The notes: generated from the sequence alone by a model not told the origin. A DNA stretch of 45,844 nucleotides from Notodromas monacha (GCA_905338405.1 CAJPEX010000070.1:130645-176488); one strand, 5' to 3'; positions 1 through 14,879 are shown, counted from the first letter of the stretch. A program made the numbers and translations.

Positions 1-26
1 AAAAAAAAGAGAGAAATCCTACCAAG

Positions 27-201
27 CCCCCCCCCGTATCAGGGAACAGACTTCCCCCCCCCCCCCTCTCTCTACTCAAAAATAGGTACAATCCACTGCA
101 CCCTCAATGTCATTGCGGCAGCTGTTGCCAACTTCCACCCTACACTCCCTCTTTGGGGTACACGAGAACCTTTTATTCTCACGCTCCCCCCCCCCCCCTC
201 A
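27..201. repeat. Two long poly-C homopolymer tracts of 14-16 nt each, at ~50-67 and ~185-200, each followed by a (CT)n-like run.
   Basis: ttcccccccccccccctctctctac and ctcccccccccccccctcagccc. A third C9 run lies at 27-36. Confidence 0.6.
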
Positions 202-3200
202 GCCCTAATCAGACATGAGCTTCTTTTTTCACGCGAGCAATTGAGTAACTTCAAAATATTGTTACACGAGCCAGATCATCATTAACAACCCAAAATGTGC
301 CTTCATTTACAGTGATCCACCGAATAACTTAAAACCCAGGATAAAGAAAATGGTTAATGGAAAAAAGTGACTTAAATAACGAAATTTGTTGGTCCGAAAA
401 TGCTCAAATTTCAAAAAAGTTTTCAAAACGTCAATTTTTTCAGAAATTGAGAAAATCAAGAAGATAATTGAACACGATTGTTTTTTCTTGTCTTTAATAC
501 AACATCTGTGAAATTTGCTAAGGTTGAAGCATAAGCTTCACCGGATTACTTGAATTCCATACAAATACTGTAAAGTTTAAATTCACAGTTTCATGCTGAA
601 AATAGGGAAAACGCACAATTTTAACGACTTATTATGGTCTTTTGGTGAGTGGATGGAACAAATAAAATCATTTGCGATGCAGTTTTGCGTTTTGAAGATT
701 CCGCATAACGAAACACACCCACGAACAGATTTCAGTTATGCGGGAACCCAGGGTACTGAAATACCGGGAGTCCAAGACTGTAGTTTTTCCTGATCCTGAG
801 GACAGCTTGCTGAAATGAAATAATCTTTACCTAAAGGGTTTTCAAAATGTACAATTTCAATACATTCAGTTTTGAATTCAAAATTGTGGCTTATCATTCC
901 CCAAGTTCTGAATATGTCTGGCAAGAAGGAATTTCTGACTCTGCAGTAACTTTTTGAACACACAATGATCAGAATCAAGTGTCTGAAAAGGAAACTCGGA
1001 ATTGAAAGCATGAATCATTTCATCCAATTGACAAGCTCACAAAGTCAGAGACGATCAAAATCATGGGAATTTAAAATACTGTATCTGACCTTGACAAAGG
1101 CAGAGGATAATAACCATCTTGCGGAGATAACCAAATAAGGAGGAGAAGAAAGGACTGTAAATTGCCTGCTATCTCAAATAGAGCTTTCGTACTTTTAAGT
1201 CATTCCAAGGAAGGGATAATCAAGATATAAACACGAAACTAAATGAAACCAACCATGCCATCTTTAATAACATCATTATTCTTTCGCAATGTAGAACATA
1301 GAACTCACCCAGACTGCAACCAGTCAAGCAGAGCTCCTGGGCAGACAAAGGGAGCAGAGCCGCGTTTATCCACATAACCAGGGTTCAATCAACCCTCGCA
1401 CTGAACAACAAAAGAATAACCGAAGTTCATGGCAAAGAGTTGCAAAATGAAATCAGTCCAGAGAATATTTTCAGATCACCGTTTTCCCCAATTTACTTGG
1501 CAATGAGCAACGTTTCTCCCTTCCCTCAGCGAATTCGGGGAAAATAATCAATAGACCGACTCCCCGTCTGTATTCCCAGATTTTCGGGGAATTTATAACA
1601 CGAACTGCTCATGGGTTGATTGATTTTTTCATTTATTATTTTTGTCGTCGTTATGCGGAGCAAATGAAGCAACTTTCATACTGCAGTACATACCATTTTC
1701 TTACCGTTCATTGCAAAAATAATCCGACCGACAGATCAGTACAGTACAGTACCGTGGAATCCATAACTGCAATTCAACTCGCAATTCATGATCAACAAGG
1801 TCACCCTGTCCTGACCCGAGAAGAGAAAAATGGGATCACACGGAATCAAAATAAATCTGACATAAGTCGCACACCTGCTCCTATTTTTGGCATTAAACGT
1901 CAGACGTGATTCATAACCCTTGACTAATACAGAAACAAATCATATCAGTCAGGTATGCGCAGTACTGAACTCGACAAAATAGTATAATCTGGATTATTTC
2001 TTCAAGTGCTTCAAAAACATAGTCAGATTTTTAAAAAATAAGCTCATAAAGGCATAACCGAAACACAAATTTCACGCGGACTAGCACCACTTCTTCATTG
2101 AAGGTTTCCAGAAAGTTATTGGGTAGACAGAGATTTGTGATTCATACCAAACATTCCCCTGCTTTGTCAATTACAATGATGAATTATTTCAGTGTAGGTA
2201 GATGACACGACGGGATTTTAATTTTCCACTGAGTCATCCCAAGTTCCATCTGCTTCTGAATTTTTCATTCACATGCACGAATGTTGCTACAGGAGCACAG
2301 AGAATCTGATGCCGTTCCAGGTCCTCATTATTCTAGGATTTTCCCGCTGTCATGTTATTTACTTTCGCATAACCTGGGAATATTTGCCACCAACAACTTA
2401 TACACACGTGTGTCACACAAGATTTGGCACAGAAACAAGTATAATTTTTACACTTGAAGGTAACCTTGTGAAGACCATAGCTTAAACGAGCGCTCCCTTC
2501 TGGACCCACATAATTCCTTTTAAATTGTTTGTGGACCGACAAATTAAAAAAAAAAACAATTCTGCCGACTGGTAGAGTTTTAAAAAAAAATTGAAAACTC
2601 AAGTTTCGTTTGAATGAGTTTATGGTAGGTATTGAACATTTTGTTGCTGGTTTCCAGAAGTTAACTTAAGAACCAATGAAGCAGCTATAGTGCAATGTCT
2701 TCAAAAAATTATGAAGGTAGACTTGACGAGGTTTCTCAGAATGACAAATTAAAATAATTCATTTCAACAGGTGAAAGTTTTTCTGAAGTGTTATTACACT
2801 TCATCTACTCGTTATTTCATCAGATAATTTCAACTGCAATTGTCTTTCAGAAATTTCACATTAAGATAACAACTACTTACAATCAATTTATTATTATTTA
2901 TTTATAATTATTTATCATGACGAAAATTTCCTGCCAACCGGCAAAAAACGTCGGTAAACCGGCGCCGGTCCGCGGACCACAAGTTGGGAAACACAAGCTT
3001 AAACAATGCCCGTAATATTCGTATAAACTCAAAATGCCATTGACGCATGACGATATTGGACAAATATCATCTAATCGATGCCTAGCTTTTAGACAAGGTC
3101 AAAGAAACCGACAAAACCAGGAATATGGGCCATCAAAATGCTTTTTACAGACGTATTTTCTAGTTTAATACGATTACGCGTCCAAAACTTTTAGTCAGAA

Positions 3201-6200
3201 ACGAAGATCAACTCCCGATCTAACCAAACTTCCGCACGAATTATTTCAACTTCGGAAATTGATGGAAGATCATTCCGTCGCGCGAAGACCGAACACCAAC
3301 TGAATGACGGTTATACAGTAAGATGTAGGGAAAAACTTGAACGGTATGGGGTTTTACTGAATTCGAAGCCCAACTTCCGTGCAGAAACGAACAGCCTGGA
3401 CATGAATTTTCCACTACAATGCCTTGATCGCCAGGAATATTTTCGGGAGATTTCGTTGGTGCACCGCTAAGCCATGCAAAAATTCCCAACACACGCATGC
3501 AACCGCAACAATTAAGCCTCCAGCACTGGGAAAATAAGCGGAAGGGGAGCGAGGAACTTCCGAAAGCTAGCGTTTCGAAACCCGGCAGAAAACACGGAAG
3601 TTCAAATTTATAAATCACCGAGCTCTGTCCTTGGTCAACAATGGACGAAAGGTAAGACTCGCCTTCACCTCCCCCGACGTGAAATGCAGGAAACACAGTA
3701 GAATAGAGTAAAATAGGAACCCCAGAAGTAATAAAACTGATGACGAATTTCAATTTGGCTGGATTTTTCGAATTATAAAAAAAACTTTATCTCGCCCTAG
3801 ATTTACAGTACAGTACTGTATGCTACAGTGGGTCCTTCAGCAACAAACCTCGTAGGGTACAACCAACTCAAGATAACAAACCTGGGTTTGGCTGCCTTTT
3901 TTTCCTTAAGCAACAAACTACACGGGAGGAAGAAAATTCAAGCTGAAGAAACCTGAAAGTCAAAAAGCAATTTCACTTTTTCTGACACATTTTAAAATGA
4001 GAAAATAGATAGAATTTGTATTAAAAATCTGAATGGACACACATTTTCACAAAATTTGAATTTATTTTCTGCAATTAATTTCCTCGCTGCTGATTATTTT
4101 TGATGGAATTTATTTGTAATCAACGTTTTTAATTTTACGAACTCAAATTTGTTGGGACCAACAGAAAAACGGCTTCGACTAATCTTTAATCACAGAGGTT
4201 AGAAAAACTGTGGCTGATTGTGAATGGTATTGGAAAAAAATGAGTTAAGGAGAATTTTTACTTGGACGGTTTGAGAGAAAATACTTGTTTTCAATTCATC
4301 ATGCTAATTTCCTGTCTTTCACATCGACTTCATCTTTCGCTGGAACCAATTGAATGATTGTTTTTCTTTTAGAAATGTGCGTCCTCGACAAAAAAGAGAT
4401 AGAGCAATGAACCAGCCACTATAACGGGTTCGGTTTCCTGATCAGGTGGATCTTCTGTACAATAATCTTGTCTACAATTACTGCATATCCTCTGTATAAA
4501 CAATTTTTTGCCCCGTAAGGTTCTTTACTACGTAAATCTCTCTGGAACGATTTTTTCTGGTCCCTTGATTTTGTTGCAGAGAGTGTACACCTGTATTTAC
4601 TTGAATGAAAGAGCACCTTTTCCAATATCAAATCACTGGGTATTATGAATTGATGTCGTCTCAGGTTAGCATACAAAATTACAGGTTGAGAGGGTGGTCC
4701 AAAAATGCGTACTCATTCAAATGATTAATACCTATCGGACATATTTTCCCCCGAGAATGATTTTGAAGCAGGATGTGAACTAAATACAGTACAGCGCAGA
4801 AAAAAAACAACTTGAACTGAAAATGGGCAATATTAATAAATGTCAGCTGGAGTTCTATACACGGCAAGGTTCGCGTCGCTTCTGCTTATATTTACCACTT
4901 GAATGGTTCATTTTTCATCTGTGTACACCCATTGTTCTAGATTCTCGACGATTACGGGAACATGTACACGTATATTTTGCTGCACCGACGAAACTACCGT
5001 GAACGTTTTTGTCTTCACGCTTTCATTTTTTTTAAAGCTCCATATACAGTACAATATATACGAAAATGAAGCACGAAATTTCTCACGAACTTGGAGATCT
5101 GCCGGAGATTTTACGACGGAACTTTCAGAACACGTTTTTCACAGTAGATTTTTCTTCACGGATCCTTTCAAACCTTTCTGAATAACCAAAAATCAAAAAT
5201 AAGTATTGTACTTTACTGTTTCACGGTATAATCATAGCTTGACACGAATTCGTCTCGCTTCAGCGATTTTCACGAAAATCGCGGAGGATCTCAATTGTAC
5301 TTCTGAAAAGGGGAACGAATAGATGCGCATTTTTAGCTATTCAGTCCAGATTAAAGGATACTGCACACGGATGGAGTGGACGTACATTTCAGAACTAGAA
5401 ACATCCGGCAAACGTGTTTTTTAAGCGCCAAGCCACCAACAATAACGACATTTTCAAAGAATCGTTAGTGAGGAAATTAGTTCCATGCGTGGAGCAAATA
5501 ACTAAGAGTAGACGCCGCATATAAACGTAAATTATTGCCGAAAATAGGATAAGAATGATTAATCTAAGAAATGTGTCAATTCGTACCAAAATAAAACATG
5601 AAGCAGCTGAAATGCGTACTGGAACAAGTTTTGTTAAAACGAGTTAAAATTTTTAAATAGAATTGCCAGGAATAAGGAGACCAAAATCAACTTCTCACGT
5701 AGCCTCGCCAAATAGGTCACACTGCATACCATTCAGCGTACCAGACATGACCTACCTCACAGCTTGAGACCCAACCATGCACCGATTTTAGCAGTGTGGC
5801 TCACACAGGTATGTACTTTAGTATGAAATACTCCACTGAATAATTTTTTCATCAATGGTATGTACAACCAATGAAGATTCATTTCTCTAATGGCGAGATA
5901 CTCCCACATTTCTTTGTCCCCTAAAACCGCTCAGGATGAACACAGTACACGAACTATTCAAGGAATTTTTTAAAGTAAAAAAACGATGAATTTTTGGGTA
6001 TTCAAGTTGTGAGCTATTGAGAAATATGGTACTGTACTTACAGGTTATGGCCCATTCATATCATACACATCAGCTACCTTTAGGGGCCCATTTGGGATAA
6101 GGAATAATGAATCCTTGTAAAATAAAAGACTAGTTTTTTAAGCAGCGCTAGGCTTTACAAATCGGGTACCGTACTTCAAAATATTGTTACAACAAAGCTG

Positions 6201-6689
6201 TTATGATCTGGAGAAGACTTCGTGATAAGTGACAACACATTCATTATAAGGCCATTTGAATAACATTGCTAGTGGACAGGGACCTAAAAATGAATAAATT
6301 CTAAGCAAGATTCCATTATAATGAGAATGCTTGCAACAAGATTTTTACTGTACTTCCAGGCATCAATGGCACTGAGATTAAGAGCCCTAAATTAGATTGC
6401 AAGTACAATTCTTGGTGGTATTTTTTATGGAGGAGGTGTTCATGCAAGAATCATTTTTTCCCGTCCATTTGCATGGTCGGTTACACTACCTACCACTTAG
6501 GGATGCAGGTAGACTCTATAACAAATTTCTTTATGCTGGTTTTCTCTGTACAGTTGAATCTCAATGCCTCAAAGCCCTTTAATTCAAATACCTCTGTTGA
6601 AATTTTAAGATTTCTGTCTGAATTCTTTCAAGAACAACACATTACATAATTTTTTCACTTGAACACTTCCACTACAGAACTCTCCAATT

Positions 6690-6880
6690 TCAAATTTTCT
6701 GGAGGCCTTGGGCTATATTATTTTGCGGACTCTGAAGAGAAAAGTACATCGAAAATTTAATTATGTCCTTCAAAATGGAAATGAGTTGATTATGTTCTTC
6801 TACTGGGCAAATGAACCTTTGCCTCGCAAGTTTAGTAACCAGAAGTTCAAGGACTAAAATATCACAAAATTCAACTTCCA
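6690..6880. repeat. Copy of a dispersed ~200-250-bp repeat family (SINE/MITE-like). Other copies are at ~14880-15090 and ~42000-42250.
   Basis: Blocks are shared at about 75% identity. Block 1: ttctggaggccttgggctatattattttgcgg (6705), ttatggaggccttttggctattattttttcg (42063), tgtggatgccttttgggttgtattctgg (14938). Block 2: aatgaacctttgcctcgcaagtt...cagaagttcaaggactaaaat (6810-6860), aatgaacctttgcttccaagtt...cagaagcagttcaaggcccagaat (42166-42235). Block 3: taaaaacctctcttaactcgaag (14884), taaaaacctctataactcgaag (42008). Confidence 0.6.
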
Positions 6881-8630
6881 GCACGTCATCTCCCCCACCA
6901 CTAGCAAAATTTTTTTTTCTCCATAACTCAAAACCTCCCTAAGTCAAGTTGTTTCGCTTGTCCCTGTAGGTTTGAGGTGAAGAGGTTTTATTGTACAGTA
7001 TTGAACTTCTTCAGCTCCTTAAGGGTTCTCTACCCATTTTAGGGGGTTCTCTAAAACAAATTTCTCTCTACGAAGAATTGTTTCTGGTCTCCTGAATTTG
7101 GTGTTAAAAGAGGGCGAGTTCACCTTCATGCTGTTCTACAGTACAGTACTTGAAAATTCGTGCATTTCGCCGCCATTTTTCCAAACGATCGCAATCGCAA
7201 AGGGGGATTTTTCGCATATCACACGAACAATAGATCACACTGGTGCACGCCGCAAGCAACACACGACCGACCAGCACGGTATCCCAGCCATGACTGACAC
7301 CAGAGCGTAACGGGCATTCACCACCGTCGTCAGGAGAGGCGCCGCACGAAGCGGAGACCAAAGGCGGCACACCGCCTGACCATCCACTCGCCAACCGAGA
7401 TACGACACTGTGATATCCGAGGGCCGACGGCGACCGTCGTCTCCGTCGAAATGGCGACGGTCGTCGACACATGGCAGCGCGACACTAGGCCCCCTTCGCC
7501 GAAATGGATCGCGGTCAAGACTGAAGAAATGTTAATGAATAAGCCTGAATTTTACCTAGGTTCTCCACCGACGCGACGGTCAAGAGCGATGCTGCATTCG
7601 ATCCCTTCGTGTTCCATGGTTGTACCCTAATTTAAGCAAATATAAGCACTAGTTTTTTTTTTGTCAATTTTAGAAGCTCAAAAACAGGAGGAGAGCTTAA
7701 ACTGCTTATATTTGCATTTTTGCGATTCGCATCGATGCGGTTTTCACTAGAGTACAACATGCACATTTTTTCTCAAATTCAAGAGGAAAAGATGTCGAGT
7801 GCATCATAGGCAGATTTTTCAAAAAGATTCAGCTGTTTAGGTGTGCATTATACAGTAATTGATTCTAATGGGAAATCTTGGACCAGGTTTAACACAAAAA
7901 CTTATTTTAATGGAAACTTTCAATTCATGGCTAAATTCAAATTTTCGTGTTCTTGTCTTTGAAATACAGACAGACTCTCTCTACAACGAAATTCAAGGAA
8001 CCAGAAAAAAATTGTTTCAGAGAGAATTTTGTTGCACGAAGTCCCTTGAACTTGGAGGTGAGAACCCTATGGGACCAAAAAAATCCGTCATATTGAGAAA
8101 AACGTTGTAGACGAGATCCTTGCAGAGAGACCCCACCTGCATTGCAGTTTCAAACTCACGAAAGATGGGGTGCGTGTCTTACTTTGGGGTTCAATTTCAT
8201 CAGAATAGTTGACAGAACCCCCTGGTGCATGTTTGTAATCGAGGGAACATGGTACAGTACAGTACTTGAGTAAATACCGTATAAGCAACCCTTTTTAAAT
8301 TTCCAAGTCACAGGAGCAATCAAAACAAAAGGAAATACTGTACTTCTTCAGAAATGCTATCCAAGTGTGATTATTCAACATATCTTATTCAAGTAATACA
8401 ACGCCGAAGTTAAATATGCAGACACAGAGAGCCATGTGTCTGTTTCACCTTGTTTCGACACCTTTGATCATTTTCTGGGAAAAACCAAACATTAGTCAGA
8501 AATTGTAGGTTCCTGAAAAGTCAGAACCCCAGAGAGCTAAGGGGTTGCTTAAATTAGACCATCATATACAGTATGAACACTTCTTTCCTGCATGAAAAAT
8601 CTAGGGGGTGCTTACATTCGAGTAATACTG

Positions 8631-9040
8631 AATGGTTGGCCTACTTTTCAGGACAATCGAAACACGTACAGTAAAAATTATTGGTTCCGTCTTTGGTAGC
8701 TTTCGATAAGCTGAGCTGTGCAATGAGTGGTCACGGATTTTTACCGAACCTCACAATAATTCAACGATACTTTTCGGGCTTCAGAAAAATAAACGTTTAG
8801 ATCACTAGGATAACCTCTCCAATCAACTCAATTTTTCGAGTTCAATGACCTGAAACTCTCACGCTGGGAGCGTAAAAACTCGTAATAAATGTTCACCAAA
8901 ACCCGTCAGACACTGAACCCGAGTGTTGCAAATGGTTGGCTTACTTTCGGATATGATGAAAACACGAAGCAATCGTTAGGTTTTATGAGTGGCTTTTGCG
9001 GATCGGCGCAAAATGTTCGCTAAACGCTCAGCTAGAAATA
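8631..9040. repeat. Two local direct repeats of ~110-120 bp, at 8631-8750 and 8931-9040, about 300 bp apart.
   Basis: aatggttggcctacttttcaggacaatcgaaacacgtacag...gagtggtcacggattttt versus aatggttggcttactttcggatatgatgaaaacacgaagc...gagtggcttttgcggatcgg. Confidence 0.5.
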
Positions 9041-12000
9041 ATGTACTTCGAAGACCTTTCGAATTTAGAAAAAAACTCTTTTACGCACTTCAACTCATCG
9101 GATGCACTATTGAAAGTTCATGATTGTCATGACAATGGAAAAGGCTGAATTCGATTATCGGCAGCATCACAGACACTTCCCGTGATTGTCAGTGTTCATG
9201 AATTTTTAAAAGATATTTTATTTCAGGCGGCAAGAAGCATATCACAAATTTTTCAGATGCTCCTCCGAATAGTTACTGCTAGTTTAAAACATATGTTCCC
9301 AAAGCAGCTGATCCCAAACTTAACGCGTTGTAGGAGCATTCCTATATGGATCATTTTTTGCGACATAAAAATTCTTGTGTACAATTGAATTAGTTTTCGT
9401 CAAACAAACAATTTTTGCTTCGATAAAATGAACATCTTGGTCTTCATAGAGCTTCCAATGCATCAACAGCACTGTACAGTACAACGATTCTTCCTTCACT
9501 TCAAAAAGAATTCAACAACATTGTGTTCGCTATAAGAATGGTTTACTACGAACAACAAAACGCATTTGTGAAAGGATTAACTAAGCAAGACTAAATAGCA
9601 CGGCGAATCTACTTACAATAGAAGATGCTCATTTCATAGTTGAGACAATTTCAATTACTGCAATGACGCAGACAAAAAAGAAGGGAAGGTTTTCATCTCC
9701 TAATCGGGAAAAAGTGAACAAAAAACAAGTAGACTTTGTTCTGTGCTTCACACGCCCATGAGTTGTTTATAAACTTGAGACCTGCCGGAAATGTGCAACA
9801 CTGGTCTTTAATTTCGGACAAAAAAGATATAAATGGGAATGTTCAAGGAGGTACAGTACAGAATTGTGGTCTTAGAACTCCACTCTTTGAGCAAAAGATA
9901 TAAGTAACGAACTTGGTTTTTCATTCGAAGAGGAGTAACCGGAGTTCCATGCGCCGAAAATAATGAAGCGGAATGTAGTCGCACATCACTTAACCGGGAA
10001 CCTGGACACTTCCGATCGGAGCACACCATAATTCACGATTGTATCAGCCGGGTTTCATGAGACTATATCGCCGAAAGCTTGTAAACTTCGGCAGCTAAGC
10101 ATGCGAACAGAAGATGGAGCTGAGTCCAACATTCGACCATAACGTAATGCCCGAGGAGTTTAAATCTCATCAAAATGCACGAGGAGCGTTTGAAATGAAA
10201 ACCTTGTCCATCTTGACTCATGCATGCAAAACCAATTGGAATCATGCAAATTTCATGCAATATAAAGGAAGCGCATTGGACATAGTCCACGAGAACGTGG
10301 TATCAACTGAACGATCAACTCGAACAAATAGACGAGAGGTTCGCATAGGAGATGATGACAAACTTCGTAAAACGAACTGCTCTCATCATAATTGTTTGAG
10401 TGACGAGGAAGATATGAATCAAGGTGCACAACTAAAATCGTACGATGTGGCTTACATCAGGTACCTCGACAAGATGCACTTCAAATTCCTCTGCGCTCAC
10501 GGCGGTGTTCGGGAAATCGAAGTTCAAGAGAGATGGATTGGATAAGGTATTCCTCGTGTTCGGTGCCAATAAAGTGGGTTAGTCCTCGCGTTTAGTATCA
10601 GAAATTCAAGATTCAGAATGCATCGAAAAATACACAAGAAACAGATCAAAAATTGCAAAATCAAAGGTAAAATCGAAACAAGGGAAACTGGTGTGCACAC
10701 TTCCAAGCCAGCGAACATACCCGAGTACCCGAAATCAGGAATTTATCTTAAACTTGAGAGCTTTTGAAACATATGATACCTGACTACTGTAATCCCCCAA
10801 ATGTCACGCAGAACATCTAACGAACTAGCAGTACTAGCAAGATATACTCAATTACAGGAGTATCCAGATTCAAATAACATCCATTAAGACACGAACGAAC
10901 CGCTTCCGACCGGTAGCAGCGCGCGAGAGCCAACCTCGTGACACCTGCGGTCACGGCGGGCGAACTGTACGGTTAACTTGCACGCTTCAGCTGGATCCTG
11001 GTGCGGACTTGCTGCAATTGTTCACTTCTCGTCAATAGATGGCATTCTCAATCATAAGCAGACCATAGTGTTTTTTTTCTTTCTAGTTCCAGTCTTATGG
11101 CTTTTTGCCCGACAGCCCTTGCGTACACCTTGGAGGCAACAGCAGCAGTATGATGACGGAACCGAAGATATACTGTACATTCGATTCATTAGACCAAACT
11201 CAATGAAAAATACTGTAGTTCGGTATGAAGGGGACTATGCGAGATTTTGTAAAATTCTTCATGCACAAGGCAGTATATGCCCAGCAGGAGAAATCGTACA
11301 ACAATCTGCATGGTACAAATCTCTGTTGAAATTTGCAGCAGCATATGTCTGTAGTACAGGTAGGTTACATAATTTGGAGAGGATATACAGTAAATATATA
11401 CTGTAATCAATGTATTGTGTATGGCTATATGGTGCTGATAGCGTGTTTCTTATACTGTATATAGAACAAAAAACATGGAATTCATTGATGGCATGAGCCA
11501 TACTAATGTTTTATACGCGATAGTTTTCTTCAAGAAATTTGACTGCTCCCGCTATAGTTAGATATATTGACTTCGCTGATGGTAGAAGTTATATATACAC
11601 GAGAATAATAAAGGTATACACTGATGGTACAGTCGTGTGCTGCGCGCAGCAGTATTGCAAACACTTGTAACGATGACAAACTGGTATAAAATCAATCATA
11701 ACATGAGGCAAATAAACGCTGTGAAAACCCGGCGAAATAAAATTCGAATCTGGTTTGGTTCACTTGATAAAAATGTCAATACGCATTTTCTGCTCGAAAG
11801 CGGCTCTGCATATTGGAATTCTTGTTTTCATTGTTCGATCAAGTACTCCATTGAAGGGCTTCCGGATTTGAACACTGCTGACGATGAAGGTCGAAATCTG
11901 AGCTGCCACTGTAAAATGCTTGGGCGTGAAAATGCGCCTGAAGCAGATAATCTCTGCAAAGGGATTATAAAGACGCATTTCAAGTGTGATATTCCCGGCC

Positions 12001-14879
12001 TCGATGCAGTTTCCAACATCACCTCTGTGCGTATGTATTATTGATGAGGGTCATCGTAATATGTATTAAACGTGGGGTTTATTCCTTCATATCAAAAAAC
12101 ATCACGCACCAGCTAATATTCCAACTTCTTTAATTCCAGAAACTAAAAAAGGTCATCAAAAATTTATGGGATTGAATGTTGATGTCATTTTAATTAACAT
12201 AATACTGTGCATCCTGCAGTAACAAGAATACTCAGCAGACATGCTGGTTATGGTTTAATAATGGCCATTATTCCATTTATTTTTCATTATTTTGTAGTCC
12301 TAAAGTAATTATGTATAATATAATTTGAATGAAACTTGAAAATTTTTTTCTTTTCAACTCTTCTTTTTTCTGACCCATAACAATGGGAGACATTCATGAG
12401 ATGACTTGCAATCATTTGAATGATGCAATGTAGGGCAACTTTTCAGTGTCCAAATACAGTGCAGTATAACTGCAATGCTACTTTTAGTATTATACCAGCA
12501 TCTATATATTGAAACCTCTTCTAAGTTACTTTTGTAACTTCTATCAATCAATGAACAGCAGCTTTATGCATCACAGTAGCCAATTTTTCCTGCAACTACT
12601 GTATATATTTTGTACGGATTAATTTTCTTGGATGCTCCCTGGAACTTTTAAAAATATGTATAATTTTTTTTCATCATGATGATATGACTCATATAGGGTT
12701 ACGCAAGATGGGTTTATAACATTTGGAACTTGAATTTTGTCAGAAAAAGGTTATATAATACAGTACTGTAAATACTTTTGAGTGATATATCAAAACAAAT
12801 ATGATGCAGTAGGGCTTATTTTCATATAATTTCCAACTCATTATTTCAACCAATTAATAGCGTAAATAAGGAAAAATTGAAAATAAAAAATAAAGTCATT
12901 TCCTTATGTTTATCCCGCGCCCCAGCTTAAAATGTTGAACAATTACTGTATATACTGTACTGATCCCAACAAAGCACCTTATCAGAAAAAGTTTCAAGAT
13001 GTATATGTAATTCACTGTACATTATTTGCTATAGTAACAGCTATAGGGTCTTGAAATGCGGTAATAAATGACAAACAAGGAATGAGGACCACAGTACAAT
13101 ACTGTAAGAAAGTGTCCTCTAGCACTAGCTCTGCCATGTTGGTTACTTCACCTCTCCCACCTTAACACTGCATCCCGCTGAACACTGCTGCTCTTGGTTT
13201 GCGGTATTGAAGGTGTGGTTCGTATTCCTGACGAAGAGTTACAGATGTGGGGAGAAATTGCGACATGTGTACGGCTTCGTGAGAAATCATGAATCAGAGA
13301 ATCTGATTCGATGAAACGATCACGTGACAGCCTCTTGCGCTCAGCATTCGAATAGAACGAACGTGTTCTGAAATCCTGGTTCCAGTGTTCGAAATTTATC
13401 CCCGCAAAATTGTTTGTGAGACTCTCGTTTTACGTTTGAAATCTATGCAATTCATGTCGATTTTTTTTTCGAGTGAAAATATGCTCCTGCTGGTGTATGA
13501 TAGTCGATTCAATGGAGCGCAGTGGAAACGCTCGATCCTTTCTAATTATGAGCAAGGATTTTACGTGGCTTGTGATCCGTTACTGATTCCGAGTTGATCA
13601 CGTGCAGGAAAGGGAAGAAACGATGGGGCCAGTGAAATTTTTGTCGGAATTGAGCGGCTTAATTCGACAGAATCTTTGAATTGCTATTAGCGATTCGTTA
13701 TTTTGGCGACACCAGGATCAGCAAGTATGCCGAGTTCCGCGAGTCGAACCTATGCTAGAGCGAGTGTAAATCGAACATTGTTGATCGTCAACTGATGGCG
13801 TCTATGGCGTCAAATTGGTCCTGTTGATACTCCTGTTGAATGTCTGCGAGTTCTTTCGCTCTTCAGAAATGACTTATAGGTCACATTTCCTACGTTGAAG
13901 TACCGTATAGTTGTTGGTGTATTGAAATCACACTTGAAAATAATGGAATCACTCCAAGTACATTTTTTAATAAGCAGGTTATACGCCTTTTTTTCATTTG
14001 ATCTGCCATTTTTCAAGTAAATTTATGAAATATTGCATTCGTTGTAAAGAATAAATTACTTTCTCCCCCTCATTGTATTTAATACGGTATTGTACTGTGA
14101 TTTTAAAAACAGTCAGGAGTCCATCCCGAATGAGGTTCTAATTAGGTAATTGCTTCTTGCTCGCTGACCAAAATTGCTTGTCTAATTGCACGCGTTGATG
14201 TTTATGAACTCTTTCAATTACCGATACCATCAAATGACATATATTCGAAGTTTGACTGTATTGTACTGTATAATAAAATAAGTTCACTAGCCGTACACTG
14301 CATAGGTTCATCATTCGTCACAAGTGTTGGTATCTGATCGAATTAACGTTGGAAGCATATGGTCAATTCGAAGTAATGTTCATAATTTAGGAATACTGTG
14401 CAGTGCAATGGAGGAGAAAACCTGGAGATTCTAGCATTTTAAAAACAATCAATGAGGATGAAATAAAGTCAATGTGTTGTACAATATATGATACTGTACA
14501 TGTAAAGTTGTCCTTGAATAAAAATTTCATATCCATGGTTTGTCATGAAGACACCCTTTGGGACAGTACGCAAATACGAATTTTGTTGGCTTGGGTAAAT
14601 TGATCGGATTACATTAGCTTGTTCTGCTGGAGATTAAGGTAATCTTAGGTGGCTAGCTAGTTTTAGATTTTCAACTTCACATCTCAGTTTGTAAGTTACT
14701 GAACAGGATTCTGACGTTAGGAAACGTGTAGAATTGCGTAGTGCAATAAAGTGCGCCTTACAAATGCTCTTGAGTGACCTGGTTTTGTCTCACCAAACTT
14801 ATGCAGGTGGACCTTGATAACTCAAACCCAAGTACTTCGTGGAATTTTTTCGGACCCTTTCTGAATCTCCTTCATAAAA

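Noticed and set aside
3241-3753. 170-aa minus-strand ORF
   Set aside because: It has no recognisable domain and no consistent splice or start context. It may be chance or part of an unresolved gene, and is not supportable as a feature.
10114-12044. + strand ORFs 10114-10545, 10978-11406 and 11637-12044 (135-143 aa)
   Set aside because: They have no homology I can recognise and no coherent exon structure. They sit in repeat-rich, gene-poor DNA and are left unannotated.
13721-13770. tRNA-like T-loop motif (ggttcgactcgcgg on the minus strand) and a similar agggttcaatcaaccct at 1378-1396
   Set aside because: The flanks cannot be folded into a cloverleaf: there are no acceptor, D or anticodon stems. 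No tRNA is called.
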